A stretch of DNA of 61,275 bases, counting the filler, from Catajapyx aquilonaris (Eukaryota), in NCBI GenBank assembly GCA_000934665.2. It is 4 parts of 4 records of this genome, joined end to end, with 100 filler letters (N's around TTAATTAATTAA, not from the genome) between each part and the next. Parts side by side here need not be neighbours in the genome. Positions count along the whole stretch, not along the records: positions 46,053 to 61,275 come from JYFJ02007555.1; 3 more parts are not named here. The stretch is one strand, 5' to 3'. Shown here one piece after another: positions 51,477-61,275 of the stretch. A program made the translations under genes and the position numbers. Under the pieces are notes generated by a model. That model saw only the letters and a list, made by a program, of their open reading frames with translations, ran no database searches and was not told the DNA's origin. Each line of letters starts with the position of its first letter. Positions within the stretch are counted from its first letter, which is position 1.

Positions 51477-52856
51477 GTCCAAGAAGTGACTGTGGAACTG
51501 ATGATGGAATGTGTCCTGACCAAGCTAAACTGTCACTGTTGGATGCAGCATGTAAGATATACATTGTGTATAAGGCTGTGAGGCAAATAAGTAAGAATTA
51601 GTATACGTATTTACCAGGGATGGAAAAAAAAACGCTTCTTGGAAGGAAGCGGTTCTTTTTCCATCCCTGGTATTTACTAAAATGTAACTATTCAACAAGA
51701 GTGTAACATCTTTTCATATGAAGAAAGATATAACTTACAATATTTATTGTAGAAATATTAAATAAGTTACACCATGCTTGAATGAGTTTTACTGGTATTC
51801 CATTGTATACTCATACAAACTTGATTCATGTATGGCATAATCAACCATCTGGTCCCACCAGGTTATACAGGGTCATCGAAAAAGAATGCTTGGATTTTGA
51901 AACCACATAACCCGAAAACTTGTAGATTATCTTAATGATTTTAGTTTTTTAATGCTAAGAAGTGTCTAAAGTTTTGGTTTCACCTTAGTTTGTTTCCCGA
52001 TAAGAGCTCCATTTGTCGCTCGGCAAATGTTAATACGGTAATTGGTGTCGTGCCTAATCTGGTCAGACATGTCTGGAGACACCATTGTGATCCTATCCCG
52101 TAGGTGCTGGAGATGCCTGATCTTTTCATCATATACATGTATCTCCAAAAACAATTCCATTGGGATAAGGTATGAGCTTCTAGGGAGGCTAGGCATTGGG
52201 AAACTTCTCATTCAAGACTTGGCACACTGGGAGGCTGAACAAATGAAACTTTCCTACAGGGCTACAACAGGCTTGTTTCATGGATGAGGCGACCTTTTAT
52301 GTGCATCTTCAAGAACAATGTGTATGGTGTAAAGACCCTCCATATCCAGTACCTCTGGGATAGGATTGCAATAGTAACTCCAGATATGACTGAGCTGGTT
52401 TGGCAAGACACCAATTACTGCCTTTTTAATCTGCCGAGTGACAAATCAAGCTCATATCGAAATAAACTAAAGTGAAAACAAAACTTCAGACATTCCTTAG
52501 CTAGTTAGCACTTCAAAACTTTAATCATTAAGATATGTCTACAAGTTTTCTAGTTATAGAGTTTTTAAATCTGAGCATTCTTTTTCGATAACCCTGTATT
52601 TTAAACTATCTCCTCTAATATACAGGGTGTTCCTAGTTCGTGGGTTGTTTTTAGTTATCACTAATATCGACTGAAGTAGTTATTTTTGTGTCGCTTGATG
52701 TTCCCCAATCCAGGTCCCCCATTATAGCAGTTTCGAGAGAATCGGGGTGGAACAAGATACAAAAAAAGAACAGCTTCGAGTAAAACTTCTTATAACTAAA
52801 AGGACTAATACACTTGGAACACCCTAAGATGCTAATGATGATGAAGGTGATGATGG

Positions 52857-52936
<80 letters not shown>

Positions 52937-55420
52937 GCCTATCTGACCAAACCCACGCTTCACTACCATACACGAGTGAAGGAACAATAACGTGAGAATA
53001 GGCATAACCTACAGGCAGAAGATAAGTCCTTATTTCTAGAAAACTTGCTTGTGGCACCTATCACTTTCAACACAGAACTAACTCTCCTGTCAATCTCCCC
53101 ATCAATTCTACCATTACTCTCAAGGACACTACCCAGGTATACAAACTGGTTGACCTGCTCAAGTTGTTGGCAAGTTGATGGGTGTTGGCTACAGAGATGC
53201 TTTATCTCCTGGCTGTTTGTGGGGTTACTAAGTTGGAATGAGGAGATTTTGCAGATGAGCAATGTTATGGAGACTGTTAAAGATAAGGTGTGCAGGTCTA
53301 CTCTAAGGTGGTTTGGCCATGTGGAGAGGATGAAGGAGGAGGAGATTGTGAATAAGGTTTATTTGGGTGGAGTAAAACCTCTATAAGTCGAATCTCCATG
53401 GGACCGGGGAGTTATAGAAGATTCGAGTTAGAGAAGTTTGGCTTTTTTTAAGCACAGAACTCTATAAGGAAGCCTACCTTTATATCCAGCGACAAAAGGT
53501 GCTCCAAACTTTAAAATAACTGTCACTATCACTCTTACAATGTTCCTTGTTGTTTTGGTGTAAAAAAAAATCTCACTGTTAGATTCAAGGACTCAATTGT
53601 CACAATAGAGTCAAACACTTCTTTCGATACGTCTGGTAGACGGAGATCAGGAAATTGAGCCTTTCTGTACATGAGGCCTGCTCTCGACCCTTCGGCTGGG
53701 AAATGAGAACATTTTCTGTACTCGCCAACATGAACTTCGACTTAGGGAGACTGAAAATGCATTGACATCATATCAAAAGGCCCTGCCTGCACTTCGAGTT
53801 ATGCAGACCTTCGAGTTAGGGAAGTTTATTTCCTATTGTTTTACATTGTGACCAACCAAGCTCATCGTTTTCTTCGACTTATAGAGAACTTCGACTTAGG
53901 GAAGTTCGACTTACTGTATTTATTATCCTCTGGAAATTTTCTATGGCCTATGAGGAGCAAGTCACAGTCTATCTCACTATTTTTTGCAGTGCCCACAGCC
54001 ACAGAGAGCAGAAAAGCCAGAACATTAGCATGGATATATTTCTCTAGTGTACCAGTCTTTCCTGTGTTCAGAAAATTGCAACAGGTGTACACGTACTCAG
54101 CCAGGTCAATGCTGCAGGAAACAGGCAAGTTATAGCTATACTTTTCTAGCCAAAATAAAACCAGTTAAGTTCTTGATAACAATAAGAATGTATTTTGATA
54201 ACAATTATTTCCAGAACCCAGCAGAGTCAGTCAAGCTGAAAATGTTCTTTTCGATTTTCCAGTTAACACAAGTGTGGAATCTTTAGAGCAAAAGGAGCAC
54301 AGTGAGGAATCTTTAGAGTCAAAGGAAAACAGCCATGAGGAATCTTTAGAGTCAATGGAAAACAGCCGTGAGGAATCTTTAGAGTCAATGGAAAACAGCC
54401 GTGAGGAATCGCTAGAGTCAATGGAAAACAGCCGTGAGGAATCTTTAGAGTCAATGGAAAACAGCCGTGAGGAATCGTTAGAGTCAATGGAAAACAGCCG
54501 TGAGGAATCTTTAGAGTCAATGGAAAACAGCCGTGAGGAATCGTTAGAGTCAATGGAAAACAGCCGTGAGGAATCTTTAGAGTCAAAGGAAAACAGCAGT
54601 GAGGAATTGATACATTGTGTGACCAGAGGACAGCTTCAGCAGGAAATGGAGAAGCGTGTGGAGGAGCAACATGAGGTTAGTTAGGCGATTTCTTTATCAC
54701 TGATAGTATATTTTGGCAGCATTATTCCATAGCCAACTGTCAACATTACCATATTTATACATAATATTTCCGGTATATGTGGAAGGAGTACACAATACCT
54801 TAATTAATTTACACTCTCTCCCAGCTCAAATGCAGTCCTTTTACATACCGCTGAAGAAATAATATATTTAACTATGAATTTACATCAGTTTTCTTGTGGA
54901 ATATCTTCCCCCATGATAAGGGCAAAAGAGCCACTTTCATTGACCATTATTATAATATATTGATATGAAGGTACTTGCAGCTTGACATTATATCTTATGT
55001 AAGACTAAAGGCATTTTTGGTTCAAGTACAGGCTACCTAACTACACCGTTCCATTAACATTAACAATACCCTGAACCAAATGAACAATCACACAGGGCTT
55101 AGCTTACTTACAGTGCCCATGCAATAATATTATCACCTCTCATTTCTTCTTTCCTGGATATTGCAGAGAGAAATTAGACGTATTGACCGAGAACAGCATG
55201 ACTTCAGGCGGTGGAGTGGAAGATGTGATGTGGGTGTGACGATGTGCAATTTTCTTATAATAATCTTTGCAGAAATAAAGGAATGTGGTGCACGCTGGAA
55301 TGAGAATGTGAGTTTTATATGCATTTAAGTAATGTGTTTAGTCAGGCGTAGTGGGTGGCTTATTGATGAGTTCTATAGAATAAAACATTCCTCTTACGAA
55401 ACATTAGCAGTTTATTATTA

Positions 55421-55476
<56 letters not shown>

Positions 55477-57143
55477 TTATTATTATTATTACTTTATTAT
55501 TATTAAGCATTACAGTAGAACCCCGATTATCCTTCACCCACGGGACTGGGGCATCGTCGGATAATCCGAGGAGCAAAAAAACCTTGAATGAAACGCAACA
55601 AAAACATATATAAAAACATGAAATAATGTAGACTATAATTATATAAAAACATGAAATAATGTAGACTATAATTATATAAAAACATGAAATAATGTAGACT
55701 ATAATTATATAAAAACATGAAATAATGTAGACTATAATTATATAAAAACATGAAATAATGTAGACTATAATTATATAAAAACATGAAATAATGTAGACAA
55801 TATATAAAAACATGAAATAATGCAGACTATATATAAAAACATGAAATAATGTTGACACTATATAAAAACATGAAATAATGTAGACTACAATTTATGGTTT
55901 TCTAAGAAAGAGTGACGTACCGTATACAGTCCCGGATTTACCCCCTCTGCCGCCCTAGGCAGTTGAGATCCGCCCCCACCCCACCCGGCACCCTGCCCCA
56001 TACCGCTTAAAAATTCGATTTTTCTCTTAAGTTCTCTACTTCATTTCAGTTTATTTTAGTAAAAATTTATATTGCAACTTATGGCCGCCCCAAAAGGGGA
56101 GCTGCCCATAGGGTTTTCTGCCTAGTGGTAAGTCTGGCGGCGCTCAAAATCTTGAATTTTTAAATGATTTCGCACATTTATTTCCTAATATTGGAGCCTA
56201 TTTGAAAAATATTTATTGCAACTCGCGGGCCGCCCTAGGAAAGTGCCTATACCCTGCCTATTAGTAATAAATCCTGCGCTGCTCCCATCAGTCGCGTAAT
56301 TATTTATTATTAATTCTTCGTTAACGTTTTTTGTGTGCATAAATTTGCCGCCCTGGGCGGCAGATGTCAAGACAATTGGTTGGAATTCACGAGTTGACCT
56401 CTGCACCCCCAAAAAGGGGTAACAGGGTCATTTTGAGCAGGTCACTTTACGTGTGTCTTGCATCCCTTGGGGTGGGCCAGGGTGGGCTACCAATGCACCA
56501 ATTTCATGAAAATCCGCGGAGTGGCACTTGGAAAGTGTCTTTTGTCAATACAAGGGACATGTGAAGGGAATGAATGAATGAATGGATTTTAAATGGCTAA
56601 AATGTTATTTGAAGATCACCCATCGCCCATCAGCCCCATTTCCACCTTTCATTTTGAACTATATTATACTATCGGGTTCAAATACTTTTGGCCACTTTAT
56701 CCTGGTCTTGACGCAACCCTTCGCATCGACCCCGCGTTAAGGAGGTGTGCGTGTGTGAAGGGTTGCTTCAAGACCAGGATAAAGTGGCCAAAAGTATTTG
56801 AACCCAATAGTACATATTTTTATATCTTTCGTGACAGCTGATTTTTTTTGCATATGTGTAGCTTTCAAAACCAAAACTATAGTTTACCTCAATTTTTCAT
56901 GTTGGGTGAATTATGCCCTTTCTGAATATAATGATTCAATTGCAGAAGAGAGACAAAAGGCCTAAGGCCATGTCCACTGCTGCTCACAAGCAGCTTATGA
57001 TTCAAAGGTATATTACTGAATTCAATAAAATGTTTCCCATTTTGCCATTGCAGACGGACACTCTCTTTACGGTATATTACACCCACTCCTACGTGATGCA
57101 AGGAATGTATGAGAAACTTGCGGAAGAAAATGTCCAAGAATGA
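51477..57143 (+). CDS. Candidate multi-exon gene with an acidic 11-aa tandem-repeat exon (exons 51477-51551, 53990-54124, 54263-54675, 56946-57143; more exon-like blocks at 50618-51261)
   Basis: Polypyrimidine-AG acceptors and GT donors (one GC donor, CAG|GCAAGT at 54125) give one phase-consistent stop-free frame: ..PRSDCGTDDGMCPDQAKLSLLDAA/LPTATESRK...QET/VNTSVESLEQ(EESLESMENSR)n...EEQHE/KRDKRPKAM...EENVQE*. No family recognised. Confidence 0.45.
51615..51669. mobile_element. 55-bp minimal hAT-type element
   Basis: GTATTTAC|CAGGGATGGAAAAA...TTTTTCCATCCCTG|GTATTTAC: perfect 8-bp TSD. Confidence 0.9.
51868..52596. mobile_element. Tc1/mariner-family element made of two inverted 3' ends
   Basis: TA|CAGGGTCATCGAAAAAGAATG...CATTCTTTTTCGATAACCCTG|TA; both arms encode the transposase C-terminus pointing outward. 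Confidence 0.85.
52937..53370. mobile_element. RTE-clade LINE fragment with inverted 5' part
   Basis: Minus 52937-53165: LEQVNQFVYLGSVLESNGRIDGEIDRRV.../VIVPSLVYGSEAWVW; plus 53170-53370: ATEM...GVT.../LRWFGHVERM..E.IVNKVY; abuts (TTA)n at 52858-52935. Confidence 0.85.
53371..53916. mobile_element. pogo/Tigger-like MITE
   Basis: AGTAAAACCTCTATAAGTCGAA...TTCGACTTATAGAG...TTCGACTTACTG|TA with repeated TTCGA(C/G)TTA subterminal motifs. Confidence 0.7.
54303..54606 (+). repeat. 33-bp tandem repeat (~9 copies), coding EESLESMENSR
   Basis: Unit GAGGAATCTTTAGAGTCAATGGAAAACAGCCGT. Confidence 0.95.
55513..55892 (+). repeat. Tigger-like MITE left end followed by a 33-bp AT-rich minisatellite (~9 copies)
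   Basis: TA|CAGTAGAACCCCGATTATCC; unit TATATAAAAACATGAAATAATGTAGACTATAAT. Confidence 0.85.
55928..56281. mobile_element. Degenerate hAT-like MITE
   Basis: CAGTCCCGGATTTA...TAAATCCTGCGCTG with repeated GCCGCCC(TAGG) subterminal motifs. Confidence 0.5.
56669..56810. mobile_element. 142-bp TA-flanked palindromic MITE
   Basis: TA|CTATCGGGTTCAAATACTTTTGGCCAC...GTGGCCAAAAGTATTTGAACCCAATAG|TA. Confidence 0.9.
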
Positions 57144-58328
57144 CTCATATGAATGGAGCAAATGAATTATGGCACTTCCAAAGAACAAAAATCATTCAGA
57201 ACAAATCCCATACAATTTTCATTATCAATTATTCAATATTCATACCCATAATTTGATTGGCATAACAATGTATAAGATACATCCCAAATGTTTTGAAGGT
57301 CTAGATACAAATGCTGTGAATAAAAATAATATAAGCTCAAGTTATTTCCTTGCACATGAATGTGGAACAGAACAAACAGCATCATGGCTGTTGAGGCACA
57401 CACCTCTTTACAGTGCTTCCCTTTACGACAGTAGTCTGGAACAGAACCTGCCGTATTAGGGAGGTATGCCTGTAAACTGCAAAAGTAGTCTACACGGGCA
57501 GGTAAGTAATCCAGCTGAAGAAGGCAAGGGGGGGAGGGCGCGGGGGAGTCATGCGAAAGATTTTCATGACTGGACTCTAATTTAGCTATGCGTTACGAGC
57601 CATGGATTGGTCAGATTGATACTGTGCGAGTACCCTGCACAGGCTCTGGTTATGCTTGGTATGACCTACAGGTGTTTCGTGGTGTAATTAATTTAAATGT
57701 GAATGAGATGATTATCTTTCGTGGAGAAAAATATGCTAAGAAACTGGTAATGATGAGGGTACAGGTCAAGGTTTATGGTGATGTTTCCTGCTAACTTAGA
57801 ATAACACAGGCCTACAAATTTTGTTACAAATTCTGGAAGTTGAGACTCATTTTTGGGTATATTTGGGGGTGCTGATTTTAAAATTGGCACTAGAAAAACC
57901 ATCGCTACACTCACTTTTTTCTAGGCCTGCGGTCAGGAAGGTCCTGAGGAAACAGGCCATCCATGCCGCAAAAAGGAGAAGAAGAGGGCCTCCCAGGCAC
58001 CTATCATTTTCAAACCATCCATTCTGCAAAATGGACGTTTTAATGAAACGGCCAGACCCCGAAACGCTCTTTTAAAAATGCCAGAACGTTTTCCTGGGCT
58101 AAACTTAAACGTCAGGACACCAATTTAGTGTCGGGATGGCTGGTTTAGAAGATGCCCATAGCTCGTGGCAGTTTCCTGTTTCCCACTATGCCATGCAGAT
58201 GCTGGAAATAAATCATCCTATTGTTGTTTGGCAAATGGTTGAAATACTTAGCATTTGATGATGATGGCTTATTTTCCAGGAAATATTACCTCCAAATATT
58301 TATTACCATTCTTACTGGTACACCTTCT

Positions 58329-58667
58329 GGGGAAACACGGTGGTGGAGTGGTTAGCGCCACAGCATTCCACCTCTAAGGTCCCGAGTTCGATCCCCAGGT
58401 CGTGCAGAGGATACTAATGTGGACCTCTGGCTTCGTCTCTGGTGGTATTTCCTGGAGACTAAACCACCCGGGGGAGTTCACTAAAAATGGCCACAGCGTC
58501 AGATGCACTGCACCTTGCACATCCCCTCCTGTCATCCTGCCCGTGGGTCGGGACGATACGCTAAATAGGTACCATGTACTATGACACACCAACAGCTAAT
58601 AATAAAGGTCCATGCGATAAACCCTGATGGGTGAAAGCATTACCCAAACCAATTAATTAATTAATTA
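58329..58667 (+). mobile_element. Chimeric SINE: family A tRNA head with family B body/tail
   Basis: Head matches 21702/39253; body matches the reverse complement of 32875-33110; (TTAA)n tail. Confidence 0.85.
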
Positions 58668-59177
58668 TATTCTTCTGCAACCGCGACAACATTGCAAACG
58701 TGATGTGTTAATTAAATAGCTATGATAGATCTCATCAGTAATACGCAAAGGCATGTACATTTCACGATTCACTTTATTTCACTTTCCCATGACATGCAGT
58801 TGAAAAATTACAGGGAGTAGAAAATTGAAAAAATGCAACAGTATGAGCCCAAACATAAATGCTAAAATATCTGCTTAAACTCTATGAAACCCTGTACTAC
58901 CTGAAGACTTTTTGTACGGTACTCTGACATGATTTTTCCTTAATAATATTTAAAATCAGGATACGACATTAGTTTTATCTTTGGTCTTTGTCACTGAAGC
59001 TACTTGTTACAATTTTCTTCAATGAATTTCCAGATATCAAACTACACAGTTGTCAAATTCTCCACCTCCTGTAGATAAAAACCTTAGTCTAATGATATTT
59101 CGAATATGAATCCAGAAATGTGTCTGTACTCAACGTACATATAATAATAGCTTTATTGTGTTCGTCATGCACCCTCT

Positions 59178-60427
59178 CTACCTGCGTTGTGGGCAATCAT
59201 GTGTCTTTAACCCGAACTTATAAAAGTATAAGGACCCGCATCTGTCGCAGAGGTGATTCCTTTCACCTTTGTGCACCCTCCTAACATGCCTCTTAACTGC
59301 GGAAGGGCTGCTAAACTTCTTGTTGCAAGAAACGCAGTGGTTAGGAGATGTAACCTTAGGTTTGGGGGTGGTACTGAACTCAGCTTTAACCGCCATGTCA
59401 TTGTTTAGTACAAGGTTGTTAGTGATCGGCATTTCATCATTGTTCCTGTCTTCTTGCACAGGGAACGTGGACTGATTGTAGTTGGGGGTCATCATGTAAC
59501 CGGTGATAAGAAAAGACTTGCGACCCTCTGCCTGCAGGTTCGTGGTGACTGTTGTCATTGTCCCTGGGCCAAAAGTCTGTGGAATTGGGCCACACTTTTC
59601 ATACTTTAAATTTAAATGAATAAAATATAATTGTTACACTGTGACATGCAATAAAAGCTTCCCAACAATAAGAGACAATGAAAATGAAATATTTACACTG
59701 TGATGCTCAAAATCAAGTTTGATCAAAATAGTGCTTTGTAAAAAGCTAGATTAGGGTATGTAAAAATGAATTAAAATTTTGGTTTGTAGTGTCAGGCAAT
59801 AAAATAAATAAGATATTGCTTACCTGTGACTGAGCTGCGCCCCTAGGGGCATCCAGAACAACTACTTTCTTCAACAAGAGTCCACAAACCTGTTGATTGA
59901 AAGGTGACGGAAGAGTGAAACACTGTATAATTGTTAGACTGATATATGCAGTAACAAATCTCTGCTGTGAATTTCATAATGAATTGACAGATTTTGACCA
60001 ACAATGGCAATAGCCAATACAATATTTGCATAATGAAACTGCTTAAAACATTACATTTGCCATTGTGCAAATCACTCATTGGCAATAATTTTATGCCAAT
60101 GTTATTTTATAGAAATAAAAAAAACTGATGTCCACATGAGATCAGAGTGGGCAAATCCAGAAGAAAAACCACCAAACTACATGTGTGACCAGTGACCTGC
60201 TCAAAACCAGGGACTCCCTCGGTCACCATCGGGCAGTAGTAGTCAGGGCTTGAAATGTCATCCGAGTTGTGACTTGTGTCTCCATTCAGCAGAGGTAACA
60301 GGAAGGGCTCAAGAATGGAGCAATCATCTGAGTCTGGGTCCATCACGTCATCGGTGGTAAGGAAAGACTCTTCGCCTCCTTCCTGCTGGTTGATGGGGAA
60401 ACTTGGTCCCACTTCTGATGAGGAAGG
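59178..60427 (-). CDS. C2H2 zinc-finger protein, 3' exons (60197-60427 and 59178-59576; possible micro-exon ending at 59824; upstream exons at/after ~61259)
   Basis: Phase-0 acceptors ttctcacag and aattccacag; terminal CVSCNKKFSSPSAVKRHVRRVH-KGERNHL-CDRCGSLYFYKFGLKTHDC (C2H2 + C2HC finger); AATAAA ~20 nt after the stop. Confidence 0.8.
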
Positions 60428-61275
60428 CTGTGAGAAGACAAAGTCATACACTGTGTGGCACAGCTGTATGATTAGGAAAAGCAAGCAACAATGGATTTGG
60501 CCATGACAATAGGCAGGAGCAGCAGCGTAGACAGGAAATTTGTAGGAGGGATTTAAAAAAAAAATCTAGCAAAGGAAATGGTGACACAAGCAGTAGTGAT
60601 AGGCTTACTGATGTCCAGGACTGAAGATTAGTTTTGTTCCCATTATTGTACTGTACATGTTGGCATAGCCTATATCACAAAAAATGAAATATTTTATGAT
60701 TGTGACAGCTTTGATCTCATTACTTTATGTGTTAAATATTTGAAAAATAATCTATGCAGATTTTCTGTTAAAAACCCGGGTCTTTGTAAAACACCCGAAA
60801 TACCCAAATTTTCATAGGAAAAAACGAGAAATCAGTTTTTCCCTGGCCTTTACAACACTAGCCCTAACCGTGACAGTTTGGCCGACTAATGGGCGTCCCG
60901 AATGACCCTTGAAAAATTAAGCCTGATAATAATATTATTAAGCCCCTGTCAGAGTCAACCCCATGGCAACAAGCAAGTTTCCATTATCTTGCACTACCCA
61001 AAAATGTGATGGTAACAAAATGGCCCAACCCTACTCAAGTGGGAAACAATTTGTTGGCTGTATTGTTTGTTGGATGTCCCCACAAGACAAACACCAATGA
61101 TGATCTCAGACAAGCAATACCCTAGCCCTGTAGCTACCTGACTTGGGCAGATTTAGGATTAAATAATTGTCCCGTTTGATTTTATGGCGATTTCTGGCTT
61201 GGGTTGAGTAGGACTGGGCTGCCTCGAAACCATTTCTTCCCCAAGTGGACCTACGTACCTGTTGGTGACCTGTTC

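Noticed and set aside
54303..55892. 33-bp arrays as CRISPR-like repeats
   Set aside because: Head-to-tail units with no unique spacers, eukaryotic context and no cas genes; these are minisatellites.
17765..58667. tRNA genes at the A/B-box sites (17765, 21702, 33202, 39253, 58329)
   Set aside because: No complete cloverleaf evident; each is followed by a SINE body and tail, several with TSDs.

Overview
AT-rich, repeat-dense eukaryotic (probably invertebrate) genomic DNA. The window is four contigs (1-15269, 15370-30615, 30716-45952, 46053-61275) joined by identical 100-nt N44-TTAATTAATTAA-N44 spacers and ordered by decreasing size, so adjacency across the gaps is probably artificial. Most short ORFs in the supplied track are spurious. 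Main coding content: (i) the 5' end of an apparently intact TIR DNA transposon (Sola2-like, inferred) whose minus-strand ORF, absent from the track, starts with a Cys/His domain closely resembling the N-terminal half of ARL14EP; (ii) the 3' exons of a C2H2 zinc-finger gene at the right end; (iii) a candidate multi-exon plus-strand gene with an 11-aa acidic repeat exon. Repeats include decayed mariner, Tc1, piggyBac, Sola-like and RTE remnants, many MITEs with TSDs, tRNA-derived SINEs (one a head/body chimera) and a solo LTR. Structural oddities include a ~1.2-kb inverted duplication around a ~4-kb spacer and several perfect snap-back palindromes. Family assignments come from motif recognition by eye; no database searches were run.
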